DNA of 64,000 bases from Lama guanicoe (lineage: Eukaryota), in assembly GCA_013239625.1 (NCBI GenBank), contig MU054831.1:373457-437456 (forward strand), written 5' to 3'. Shown one piece after another: positions 1-11,641 of the stretch (positions within the stretch are counted from its first letter, which is position 1; each line of letters opens with the position of its first letter). The notes under the pieces are model-generated. The model did no database searches, had not been told where the DNA came from, and saw only the letters and a program-made list of their open reading frames with translations. The position numbers were made by a program, and so were the translations under genes.

Positions 1-168
1 GTAAGATTTTTCTCAGTTTTGAAGAGCTATTAGCCAGGAACACGGGGTAATAAGATGTAATGTTTTTCCTTTAAAAAATTCTAAGTGTGTGTGTAGAGTT
101 AAGAAGCTGTTGTACATTTATGATTTAATAAGATAATTCTAAAGGAAAAAAATTAAACAATGAAAAAA
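1..168 (+). pseudogene. 3' end (3'UTR plus decayed poly(A)) of a processed HNRNPA2B1-like retrocopy, truncated by the window edge
   Basis: TTTTGAAGAGCTATTAGCCAGG...GTGTGTAGAGTTAAGAAGCTGTTGTACATTTATGATTTAATAAGATAATTCTAAAGGAAA closely matches the HNRNPA2B1 3'UTR as I recall it. AATAAG (127-132) sits where the parent has AATAAA, and an A-rich tail (146-168) follows. Confidence 0.75.
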
Positions 169-1287
169 GCAGCAGCAAGAGCAGAGAAAATGAGCTGCCC
201 TCCATCGCCCCCTCCTGCCTCGAATCAGACCTGACCCCTCGAGTCCACTTCTCTTCCTCTGACCACCATCTCCCCTGTCAGGTGCCAAACCTGCCTCTGC
301 AGACTTACCCTCTGGAGCCAGGAGGCCCGTCAGTTCACAAGTGACATGGCCACAGGAAAGTAACTGTAAACCTTGCACAGCATCAGTGTCTTCACTCGTC
401 AAGTCAGCACACACCCTCAGGACCATTCTCAGGTTTCAACACGACGATGGAAGAAAAGCAAACTGACCCGCGGTGGGGGGTGCTCCCTTTACAAGTAACT
501 GGTTACACCTACATCCGTACTTATGGGCCACAGAAGGGCAGGGCTCTGTGCCAGTACCCGATGCCCCCAGCATGCCCCTCCAGATCCTTCACCCTCTGTG
601 TGTCAGCCTGACAGGTGTCTGACCTCCAGGCCCGTGCCTTCCGTCTCGTCCATCCTGGAGCATGAGTCACCCCTGTCTTCCCATCACCTCCTGTTTCCAT
701 CAACACCCTCACGTCACTACAGTCAGACTCTAACCTGCAGTGGAGACTCTCACCTACATCCCAGCCCACCCCAGTCTGGGCCAGCTCAAACTCTCCACCC
801 AGCCAGTCAGCTCCTCAGTGGAGCAGGCTTTCCTCCACCCAAGCCCACACGGCTGCTTCCTCCTCTGGTCTTGACTTGCCCTGACCTTTCCCTCCTTCCT
901 CCTGGAGGGGACAGAAGCAGCCACCTGGACAGCTCTGAGTGTCCACCTGTCCACGGCACTCAGGACATTAGCCTTTGCCTGATCCTGGGCCCCTGGGGTC
1001 TGCACACTCCCTTCAAGCAGGGAGGCCAGCACACACCAGGCCAGACATCTGTGTGACCCACTGAGTGCCAAGGCCAGAGCAGAGTGTGACAGGGAGGGGG
1101 AGGTCAGCAGCTCCACCAAGGTAGCCCCGACCCACCTGGCTTCCCTCTCCCCTTCACCCCATCCCTTCCTGTGGTCTGCAAGAGCTGCTTCAGTAACTTT
1201 TCAAAATTCTCTTTGAAGAGAAGGTCTCAGCTTTGATAAATGCCTAGTTGTATGACCTATAAAAGCTATGTTAACGTATAATCTTTC

Positions 1288-2075
1288 TTGTATTGTTGTG
1301 AGATAATAGAACAGATACTGGCCTCTGCCCCAGGTGCTGGCACAGAGCTCTGAAGGCCCGGTAACCTCTCGGGTGATGGGAACGCTGGGGCACCTCCTGT
1401 TCTAATGCTTGACCTCTGACCTCTGACCTCTGTTCCTGACACAGGGCTCCTGAAACCTTTGTAACTGTTGAGCAAGAGGAGTATCTGCTGTACCAATGAG
1501 GGAACCCTGGGTGGGCTCCTGGATGGGGGGATGGTCACTGGAAAGACCAGGCCATGAGAAGCTTGTAATTTTCAGCCTCCAGAGAGGCGAGGGAGAGGAA
1601 CAGGCAGTGGAGTTCATGACTGATCGTCCCCACATGAGGAAGTGCCACGAAACTTCAAAGGAGGGGTGCAGAGAGCTGGGGAAGGGAGCACATGCGTACC
1701 AGGGGGTGACATACAAAAACTCCTGCACTGAAGACCCCCGACCTCACCCTATGGGTCTCCACCCACTATTCATCTGCATCCTTTATCACATCCTTTCATA
1801 ACCTGGGAACCCAGCAAGCAAAATGTTCCTCTGAGTTCTGGGAGCCGCTCTGAACCCGAGGAGGGGATGTGGGAACCTCTGGTTGGTCTGAAGGACAGGT
1901 GACCACCTTGGCCAGACACTGGCATGTGCAGTGAGAGGCAGTCCTGCGGGACCGCGCCCCTCACCTGCGGGACCTCACCCAATCACCAGGTGGGTGGTGT
2001 CAGAGCCGAGACTGCAGACCCAGCTGGTGTTGGGGAGAACTGCTCGGTGGGGGGAAAGCCTCCACAAGTCTGGTA
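1288..2075 (+). mobile_element. MER21-like LTR (solo LTR, ERVL class)
   Basis: Start TGTTGTGAGATAATAGAACAGATACTGGCCTCTGCCCCAGGTGCTGGCACAGAGCTC and end GTGTCAGAG...ACCCAGCTGGTGTTGGGGAGAACTGCTCGGTGGGGGGAAAGCCTCCACA resemble the MER21 consensus ends. Boundaries approximate. Confidence 0.65.
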
Positions 2076-2315
2076 GAGACACATGGGAAAGAAACGCACA
2101 GGAACGAACAGCTGCGTTTTCCCTGCAGGGGAAAGAAAAACTGGGTCTTTCCATCACGCCTGTTAACACGTTTACAGAAAACCCTGTACTGGACGGGGGT
2201 GGGGAAGCGTCCCTTTTTAAGAGCAGCAGTCTCTCCTGTAAGGCCAGCGACGTGGTTCAAGATGCAGAGCATCACTCAGACCCAAGGAGCCTGTGTCCTG
2301 GGCTTTCCCATTACC

Positions 2316-2417
2316 TCACACGTGGTGCCCGGGAGCCCCGCTGTCGCCGTCCCCGCCCTGCATCTGCAGCTGCATCTGTGCCTGCATCCTCGCGATCATC
2401 TCCTGCATGCGGCGGAG
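2316..2417 (-). CDS. SEPTIN2: Septin-2 coding exon 11 ([33 protein letters not shown])
   Basis: SEPT2 C-terminus; acceptor gcgcag ending at 2418; TGA at 2318-2316; 102 nt. Confidence 0.97.
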   Translation of the reverse strand, partial: LRRMQEMIARMQAQMQLQMQGGDGDSGAPGHHV

Positions 2418-3731
2418 CTGCGCACAAGACGGGACACGCTGTTGGTTCTCTGTGTGTGTTCTGGGATTTCTAGTGCTCCAGCCTCCAGGTTTCCGAAAAC
2501 ATGACAATGCGCTAGTATACTGACGACTCTCAAAAATCAGTAAAAGGACCAACCACGCCACAGAAAAACCAAACAAGTGATAAAACGTGCAATTCAAATA
2601 AACAAACAGCACCAACAGACAGAAATAAGAAAGGCAACGTGGTGTTTTTTAACCTAAAGGGGGGGACAGAGGCAGCCCCCGCCCACTGGGGAGTGCTGGG
2701 GAGTGCGAGCGGATGGGAGAGGCCTGGTCTGGCCTCTCGGGAACTGCAGAACAGGGCCCTGCTGTCCAAGCAGTCACGTCTACCCCCGCTCTCTCCATTT
2801 TTTCTATCGTGATGGCTTCTGTGTGCTTAGAAAGGCCTCCAGGCAAGGACTGTAAAATATCTACCTAAATTTTCTTCAGGTAACTCTGTGATTGTTTTTA
2901 ACATTTAAATACTCGATCCATAGTGAATTAATTTGGCCAAAGGAGTAAGTTTCATTTTTGTTTTCAAAGGGCTGGCTGTCCTGTTACCATTTACTCACAG
3001 GCCTGGATTCCCCACCAGCCCGGAGCCAGCCTGACCACACAGCACTTCCATACTTGTGACCTATTTCCAGACCTGTATTTAATCAGCCTGCCACGCCTGT
3101 ACCACACTCTGGATGACCACTTCGACGTTCCTCAGCCAGTACAGCTAGCCTCTTCCTGTGGGTCTGCTGTTTACAGAGCTTCCTGTATTTCCCATGCTTA
3201 GTCTTCAAAACAAATGAAATTCTTTTATCAAACTCTCCCCTAAAAAAAAGAACTCAGCGAACACAACTCTGCTGGAGTTGCATTAACTCAGAACTGCAAT
3301 CCCCGCACTGAGCATCCTACCTAAAAACTGTTTATTCACACTTCTGAAGAAGTTTTCAGTAGAAAAGTTTCTCCTCTTGTGTAAGTCCTACGTGCCTCTT
3401 GTTAAATTTTTGTTAACGATGGTGAATGGAAGTGTCTTCACTGTACTTTCATTGTCTACGTACAGGAAAACAACTGACTGGTAAACATTTTACAAAAGCG
3501 TCGTTACTAAATTCCATTTCCAACTTTCCCCACTACATTGCCATTGGAGAGTAAGTGAGACGGCAGAAGGAGAGCCGCACACCCGTGCCGTGGCGCACGA
3601 CGGGCACCACCAGTGCCGTGCAGCGCGCCCCCTCGCAGGCGAATGGGCAGGGCTGCAGTAAGACCGCCGGCAACGACTTCGGGCGAAACAGCTTCAGGGG
3701 CAAAGATTTACAAAGCTCCTTTCCCACTTAC

Positions 3732-3789
3732 CTCGGCTTCCTTTTCCAGCAGGATCTGGTCTTTATTCATGTCCTCATTTTCCACTTTT
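3732..3789 (-). CDS. SEPTIN2: Septin-2 coding exon 10 ((R)KVENEDMNKDQILLEKEAE)
   Basis: 58 nt; actcag| acceptor and |gtaagt donor; frame continuous with neighbours. Confidence 0.97.
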
Positions 3790-4770
3790 CTGAGTTGAAA
3801 GAAATTACAATTGTAACATTGCGACAGATGTAGTTGGTTATTTCTGACAGATACCCTAAGGAAAATTTCATTTCACACTTCTGAGAATGCATCTATTTAA
3901 AATTACATATGTTTATCATTTATCTGATTAAAACATGAATAAGAATGGAAAAAAAAGGAACACCAAACAAAATTCAAGACATTTCCTTACTCTAAGCGGG
4001 GGGGGGGAACTATTAACTGAAGAAGGCTCTTTCCTGGGTGAAGGAACAGAGTCTGAGCAACCAGGCAGAGGACGGTGCCACGGCCCCTCCCACGCTGTCC
4101 TGGTGCCGCGGCCTGCTGGCTTCCTTGAGCGGGATCTCCTCACTGCCTCTACATCCTCTTAGTGTCTGGTCCCCAAATTAATAACACAGTAACACAGACC
4201 ATAAAGTGTACCTCATGTATGTATAAATCCACCCAATCTACACATTGTGAATATTTCAATGAGCTACAACACACTAATTCTTTTTACAAACGATATATAG
4301 CACTTACTAGTTAATTAAAGAAACTAACTCCCTACGCTGAGGTGTCGTTTTTCAGACACAAATCAGGTCACAAGATACAGATCTCAAATAAAAACCTATT
4401 AGTTAGGATGATTAAAAAAAAGGTGAGTGAGGGTGGCTGTTCACCCTTGGCTGGGCACTAGTTTCTTAACAACAGGTGAGGAGTCTGTCCTCGCTTGCAG
4501 AGTGACGCCTTTGAGAAAGTACCCAGGTCTTTCCATCTAGAGGGGCTCCTGACGTTCAGATGATTTGAGCTACCTTTTAGCAGGCAAAAAAACAAAGAGC
4601 AAGTGAGCCCATCTGATTAAATGAGCAGCAAGTATCCTGTGATAACTTCTGAGTGGGAAACCAAATGGCAGTGCTCAGCGTCATGGATGACTGGACACCA
4701 AGAGGAGGGGACAGCACGACTCGGACGACACAACATGGACCAGGGGGGCAGTGTGACTTGGGGCAACGAC

Positions 4771-4854
4771 CTGCCGCCTCTTTTGAGCCTCTCGGACCGG
4801 AAGTTCTCATAGTGAAGGTCCTGGGTCACCTCCTGGAGATCCTGCATGTGGGTG
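4771..4854 (-). CDS. SEPTIN2: Septin-2 coding exon 9 ((I)[27 protein letters not shown](R))
   Basis: 84 nt; ttgcag| acceptor and AG|gtcgtt donor; end of the septin unique element. Confidence 0.96.
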
Positions 4855-6200
4855 CTGCAAGAGAAGAGGGTGCCTGGGCTGAGCCATGCCCACACGTCCA
4901 CCCATTCCGGACCCCAGAGAACCCAGCAACTAACCCCCCTGCCGCCCAGTAAACATGCACAAAGGGACGGGGTAGCGAGGCTGTGCAAACCCTATGGAGG
5001 AGCACCCCTCTGTGCTAATGCAACCAGCAACGCACAGACACACCTGACTGGGCCGTCACCACTGACAGGTGCACGTGCCGAGGTTTTAGATTTTTTAGAT
5101 AAACAATATCTGAAAGAGAACACCCTTTTCTAAAAGAACATATGGAAAACGTGATTCAAACATTCATGACTTCTCAAGCTTAACATTTATATCAGAAAGA
5201 GCTGATTAGCCTACTCTGTGGAGAAAACCATGAAATGAAGTATTAATATTCTGGATGAGGCAGAAACAGAACTCTGAATCTTCTAATCATCTTACAAAAG
5301 ATGGCCCAGCTTGTTCAAATACTTAAGCACTGGAGAATGAGTAACATGCCTGCCCACTGGGGGTCCGGGCAGCAGACAGCGATGGCAAAGGGGCAGCTCC
5401 TTCGGCCGACACTGCAGTGCCACTTCTGGCCTCCACAGCCTCCGGCTCCGGGACGAGACCAGACGGCTTGGCTGTCCTGGAGGACCATGGCAAACTTTCA
5501 CCTCTTACGTGGTGACTGGATTGCGCTGACACAGCTTGAATGGTTAACTTTAACGGTATTCTTAGTGACTTTAACTCACTAAAAATTCCTGAACCAAGTG
5601 AGACCTCTGTGGCATATACAGCAATTTTCAGTTACTCAGAATTTATCCGGACTGGCTATTCTTTGAACCCTTCTGATTAAAGAGGTACTAGATTTTAGCA
5701 ATGCACTTTTTAAGGCTCTTTATGCAAGAGCAACAGCAATGCATGTGCGCATGTTGCTAAAGGTAAAACTTTTTTCTTCAAGGAAAGAAGTCTATCTTTG
5801 TGGTCTGGTTCTAGTTGCTAAGAGCCAGCGGAGCCTGTCAAGGCTAACAGGGGCCCTCCACGTGAGACTGAGGCTGACTGGCGTGGGGACGCATTTCAGC
5901 TGGGCTGGAGGAGCTTGTGGCCCCAGCAAGAATCTGACCATTTCCTGCCCAGGGCAAGGGGCGTCCCATGTTTGGTGCGGTCACCCCACAGTTTAGGTCT
6001 CAAGTCTGTTGGCATCAGAAGGGGCTCTGAGATTAGGAGGGAGAGCCTACTGAGCTCCAGGCCCAGGTGGAAGAGGCTGGTCACGCAGGAAGCGCGCGGA
6101 GGGCCTGGTGCACCAGGCAGTGACAGCTGCAGCAGGGGCACACAGGGTCAGAGGTCATGGCCACGCTGGGCAGCCCGGCCGGGACACATGTGCACCTTAC

Positions 6201-6346
6201 ATGAGCATGGTCCTCAGCTTCAGAAAGTCGTTGTGCTCTGGGTTCTCCACCTCCACGACGCCCCAGGGGTAGAGACGGCCTCTGACCTTCTTGCCTTTGG
6301 CTTCAATCAACTGATTGGACCCAACCACAGAAAATGGGATACTGGC
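6201..6346 (-). CDS. SEPTIN2: Septin-2 coding exon 8 ([48 protein letters not shown](I))
   Basis: 146 nt; ttctag| acceptor and |gtaagg donor; septin unique element motif RGRLYPWG. Confidence 0.97.
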
Positions 6347-6716
6347 CTAGAAAGAGACGCAGGGAAGCCCCATGTTCTCCACGAACACAGGGACGTGAGC
6401 ACCAACTGGCACACTGCTGCTGGCGACAAGGCTTTCTCGGAAAGCGAATGGCACACACTTCTCTCGTGCATGGCAGGTATTTTCCACATGGGTCAAAATG
6501 CATGAGAACAAATTAAACCTCCAGCAAGACTTCTAAGCCTTAGGTGATAGCTACGGTCAAACACATTTAAAGAAGAAACACTACTAAAACCAAACCTACC
6601 CCGCCGCAGAGGCTGTCCTTCCAGGACCTGGCTCTCTGCCAACTCCTTCCATTTTAAATGCACCAATGACAGGAAGCAGGAGTTACTACCTGGGCACTTG
6701 GAGACAGAGCTCCTAC

Positions 6717-6818
6717 CTTGAGAAGTCTAGTCTGCTCTTGAAAATCTTCATCTTCGTCTGACTCTGCATCAGGTAAGTGATAGATTTTGATGTTATGTTC
6801 TTCAATTTCATCGAGAAT
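6717..6818 (-). CDS. SEPTIN2: Septin-2 coding exon 7 ([34 protein letters not shown])
   Basis: 102 nt; tttcag| acceptor and |gtagga donor; contains the S218 acidic motif. Confidence 0.97.
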
Positions 6819-9220
6819 CTGAAAGAATGACCAAACCAGGAGCAGTCTTAGCAAACTGCATACTGTTTCAGTCAGGTCTAACTCATCATATTAGAAATAT
6901 GTCAAAATTACCCAAATGTCAATAAAGAATCAAATGGATCATAACCATTATCAAATGATTTTGTTAACTGCCAAAAAGGTACTCATGCCTGCACTCTGAA
7001 GGGTCCTCTGCCCAGAACAGTAACGTCGCACCATCACCTTCGACGTACAAAGCAGCAGACTACGGACGGCGCCAGGTCAGAGGCTCAAAGGAAACCACAC
7101 CACTACCAGCCTCAGGAGGGAGCCTTCCAGGGAGAGGAGGGACATGCGCCCAAGGCGCGGAGGGGAGGGAGCTCGGCTCACAGACTAACAAGGGGGGACT
7201 AACAAGAGGTCCAGGCTGGCTGGAACCTAAGACGTCTATCTAGCTGGATGAGATGGAAGAAGGACTGGCTCCCTAACAACCATTCCCTCAACGTCAGCAA
7301 GGGCTCTAGGGATCTGGACGACAGGCAGGACATGGCCAGCAGTGCAACGGCACACCCTGAGCTGTCAGCCCTGCAGAGCAGCCCAGAGGGAGAGAAAACC
7401 TGGGCTGGAGCGGAAGGCCGCAGTCACTCACCAGTCAGCCCACTAAACCCCAGCCCCCAACTCCCCTGCACTCGGGTGCTCCAGGCAGGCTGGGCCTCTG
7501 CTTACCCTCCCCCAGAACCTGGGCCTTCAAGCCAAGCCAGCAGGAAACACCCCTACTTTCAACGTGCTCCCAGATCTGTTCCTCCTTAAGGGCCCTGTGT
7601 GGTCAAAGATCTAGGATGAAGCCACAGTCTGCACTAAGTCAGGGTTCAAGGAAAGGCCTTCCTCCCGCATCCTCCACCTCGCTCACGGTTGCTGGTTCCT
7701 AAGCGAGATGCAGGAGAAGCTGAGCAGTGAGCAAGAACCTGCTCTGCCTGCTCTGTTCCCGCCTACGACCACCCCGCGGACCCCAGCAAGAGGGACAAAC
7801 ACAGGTCTGAGGGAGCACAGGAGTAAGCTGTGTAGAGCTGGAAAAGAGGAGGGAGCAAGTAATGACCGAAAGTAATTATATGCTTCTCAGTCTGGGTGAC
7901 TGCAAGAACTGTGGGACCATTTACAGGCAGGCAGGCTGAGAGAAGAGGGCTCCCGTGTACGCACACGAATCCACGGGAAAGAGAAGTGAGGTTCTCTGAA
8001 GAGAAAAGCAGAAGTCACATGAGGCGGTGTGAACCAGGCAACATTAAGTCACACGGACATTCAGGGGTCAGGAGACAGGAAGGTGGTAAACAGGCAGAAG
8101 AACCTCCTCAGGAAGCACAGCAAGCCCTGCCGGGGAGGCCCAGGCTGACTGCGCGGCTGCACACGGAAGCCAGGGGAGGGTGGTCACACCAGGAGGTTTA
8201 CGACGACACCCGAGGACAGGTGGACAGGGCGCCACGGGGGGCTCCCCAGACGAGGCAGGAGAAGCACATTACAGGCCGGCGGGAGAACCAGACCAGGAGG
8301 AGCGATAAAAAGGGTTCCGCTCGTTTCAGACTCTGAGCTCAGCCTGAAGAATCTGGGCTACACAACCAGATGCCAACCTGACAGCCTCCCCTCCTACCTG
8401 TCCCACGTCTAACCTGACTGCCTATGAAAGGTGAAGACCCCTTCAGCGCGAACTGCTGAAATGCTGTCAAGCATAAAAACACCTAAGCTTTCGGGGGCCC
8501 CTCCAAGGGCCTGAGTATTTCCTAGAAATCTGGCAGGCACTCGAGATAAGAAAGGAAAAGGCTAACTAAACACGGGTATATACAATCTGAAACTCTGCTA
8601 CGAACAGAAGACAGCAGGAAAAACATGAACACACGAAGTCAAGCTCTGTGAAGTCACCTGCACCATGACAGCCAATGTCTAAAAACATACGAGTATCTAG
8701 GAGTCAAAAGACACAACAAAGTGGAGCACGCTTCTCAGCAGGCTTCACCTCCAGCTGCGTGACAGGCAGCTCGCACCAGCCAGCGGGCAAGGACAAACAG
8801 GAACGGTGCCGTCTCCCTTTCTCGAAGGGGGACGCCTTACAGAAACCGGTGGCACATCCAGAACCCTCCCCCAGGGGAGAAGCACACGCTCACACTCTGC
8901 TCTGGGGACACCAACTGTCACACAGCTCCGAGGTGGATGCAGCCATCTTTCAAAGGTTGAAGTGTGCATGTTTCCTTTCTGAGGCTCTGTCTGACTACGC
9001 AGTTGTGAGAAGGCGGTGTACTCAGTGCTGACAGCACAGACCTGAGGGGGCCTCCTCTGTGCCAGGCACTGCCCTAAACTTTCGGAACATGCGAGTGAGC
9101 AGGGACCCCTGACGGCCAGGAACACGAGAAAGCAAGCCACACATGAAACCTTCATGAAAGCATGATATTAAAAACTACAGGTAAATGTCAGATGTGGGTG
9201 CAAAAGCACCCAGACTCCCC

Positions 9221-9368
9221 ATGCAGGCCCCACGTGCTCCCCAATCCCCTGGTCCTCTGTCCTCTGCTGCAGGCCCCACACACTCCCCCAACCCGTCTCC
9301 CCTGCAGGCCCTGCACGCTCCCCCGTCCCCTCTGCAGGCCCAGCACCCTCTCCCATCCCCTGGTCCCC
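9221..9368. repeat. Degenerate GC-rich minisatellite (~30-45 bp units starting TGCAGGCCC), running into an assembly gap
   Basis: TGCAGGCCC..CTCCCC..CCC units at about 9222, 9268, 9303 and 9333. Confidence 0.7.
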
Positions 9369-9505
9369 NNNNNNNNNNNNNNNNNNNNNNNNNNNNNNNN
9401 NNNNNNNNNNNNNNNNNNNNNNNNNNNNNNNNNNNNNNNNNNNNNNNNNNNNNNNNNNNNNNNNNNNNNNNNNNNNNNNNNNNNNNNNNNNNNNNNNNNN
9501 NNNNN
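9369..9505. other. Assembly gap (N run)
   Basis: N bases. Confidence 1.
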
Positions 9506-9511
9506 GCTCAC

Positions 9512-9629
9512 CCTCTTCTTCAGGCGCTCCCGCTCCTTCAGGGTGAGCGTGTCGGCTTTTGCGATGACTGGCACGATGTTCACCTTGTTGTGTATCGCCT
9601 TCATAAATGCCACGTCCAAGGGCTTGAGT
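9512..9629 (-). CDS. SEPTIN2: Septin-2 coding exon 6 ((G)[39 protein letters not shown])
   Basis: 118 nt; G4 motif AKAD; ttctag| acceptor and |gtgagc donor directly before an N gap. Confidence 0.97.
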
Positions 9630-9767
9630 CTAGAAGTAATTTGAGGAAAGCGTCGCGCATTCAGGGAGAGAACAGGGAGGACTCTTCTCTCTCACTGAAC
9701 GGTGCAGCTGGGGAAGCTGGGACTGCACACAGCAGACACGGGGGGCTCCCAGAGAGGGTGTGCTGAC

Positions 9768-9902
9768 CCGTGCCCGAAGGGCGAGACGAAGTAGAAGCAG
9801 CAGTGCACCCTGTTGTCCACGATGTGCCGTCTGTTCAAGCCACTCTCGTCGTGCAGATAGCGCTCAAACTGCTCGTCCACGTAGGAGATGATGGTCTTAA
9901 AG
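9768..9902 (-). CDS. SEPTIN2: Septin-2 coding exon 5 ((C)[44 protein letters not shown](G))
   Basis: 135 nt; caccag| acceptor and |gtcagc donor; septin motif [10 protein letters not shown]. Confidence 0.97.
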
Positions 9903-10668
9903 CTGGTGGAGACACACACTCACAGTCTGGGACCCGGGTGGCAGGAAGCCCCTAGCTTCCAAGGCTAAATGAGTGTTTCCATCCCTTGCCTCCCTACCAA
10001 ATAGAACTCAGCACTTTATTTGTAAGGCGGGAACAGAAAGCTGACCCTAGGTTTGGCAAGACAAAGGTTTTTGGAAATGGTGTCGAAAACAATCTCCTCT
10101 AAGTGGTGTCTGAATGGAACAGGTTACAAAGAGGCTGCGCTGACTGAGAACAGAGCAGAGGGGCTGGGGCTGGGGCGGGAGCAGATCACGTGTGGAGACC
10201 AGGGGCACTGGGCTGGGAAGCGGACACCGTTGGCCGCCTCGGGCCCAGGAGAGTCTGTGTTCTCCGCACAGAGCAGGACAGACTGCGCGGGTATCCGGCT
10301 CCTTGACTTCATTTGTGTGAATGTTGCCAACAGCAGCCCATCACAGACACCAAGACCTCAGTGAGTCCTTAGGGAGACCTCAGCTCCTCAAACACAGAAA
10401 GGGGGGGCTGCACTGCAACGCCCTGTCCACTGGCCAAGGCTCCTAGTGCAGGGTTTTGTTCACACCAGGCCTGCGGCCCGGCCGGCCCCGCGACCCCAGA
10501 CCTCCGCGGAACACTAGAGAAAAGCGCTCATTCCCTGTGAAAGCCCTCCCCTGAGCAGCTGTAACTAACCTGACATGGACTGCCTCACACCCGGCTGCCA
10601 GCAGCCGCGGCTCACACCCTCTGGCACAGGTGCGAGCAGCCGCAGGCCCCGCGGCCCTGCGCACGTAC

Positions 10669-10792
10669 CAGTCCCTGCAGTTGATAGCATCCCCGTAGCC
10701 TGGCGTGTCCACCACCGTCAGGCGCAGCTTCACACCTCGCTCCTCAATCTCAACGGTTGAAGCCTCAATTTGGACAGTCCTTTCAATTTTTT
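10669..10792 (-). CDS. SEPTIN2: Septin-2 coding exon 4 ((E)[40 protein letters not shown](C))
   Basis: 124 nt; G3 motif DTPG; ttttag| acceptor and |gtacgt donor. Confidence 0.97.
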
Positions 10793-11554
10793 CTAAAAAA
10801 GAAGCAAACTTTGTAGGAGAGCATATCTTAAAACTGAGTCAGTTCCCAGACAGGAGAAGTCCCCTCTTGCTGACTCATCATTAAACAAACGACTCAGAAG
10901 CTCCCGTCCGCCTCTGAGAACGGCTCTCAAAAGGGAGCACGACGACTGTGGAGACAGCCCGGGTCGGCAAGGGAGACCCCACAGCTAAGGTTAGAGGGGC
11001 CTGGGAGGGTAAAAGGCCAATGCTGAAGACGACCATTTCTGTTCCTGAGACAAAGAAAACAATTCCCGGATTCATTTAAAACCTGAATTCAAAACTACTG
11101 CCAAAGGGCTGCAGTCCTGCACTGGCGGGGCCCGGGTGCCGTGCAGGCTGTGTGCACAGCTCGCTCACTCGACAGCCTCCAGAGGCCCATGCTGGACACT
11201 CCACCCCCCACCCCCCAGATAAAGGGTCAGACAACACCCTTTCCCACGGCAGTCTTCCACGTACACAGATATTTCTCCCGAGCGAGAACATTTTCACCCG
11301 ATACCCCATCAAACAGGTAACACAGGCAGAACCGCCACACATCACAGACAAAGAAGACGAGTCTGGAGAGCTTGGGACACGGCACAGGGCCAGAGCCCAC
11401 AACCAGGACGGGGGCATCAGGGGCACACCCTTCCTGCCCCTGTGGTGCTTCCTTGGGCCCGAAGCCGACACACACGTGTGCAGCACGAGGCCACGGCGCA
11501 CCCCCAAGCAGCTTTCAGTGCAGCTGCAGTGGGACAGAGCGGCATACCCCATAC

Positions 11555-11641
11555 CTGCGGCTCCAGGGATGACTCTTTCTGGATAGAGATCAGTCAGGAA
11601 TAAGCTGTTTATGAGAGTTGATTTTCCGAGGCCGGATTCAC
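11555..11641 (-). CDS. SEPTIN2: Septin-2 coding exon 3 ((G)[28 protein letters not shown](E))
   Basis: 87 nt; P-loop GESGLGKS; ctcaag| acceptor and |gtatgg donor. Confidence 0.97.

Noticed and set aside
9221-9368. Repeat-spacer-like pattern suggestive of a CRISPR array
   Set aside because: Units are degenerate and internally similar, no cas genes, mammalian intron; it is a minisatellite.
9162-9766. ORFs spanning the N gap
   Set aside because: Length is inflated by X residues; only 9512-9629 on the - strand is real SEPT2 coding sequence.
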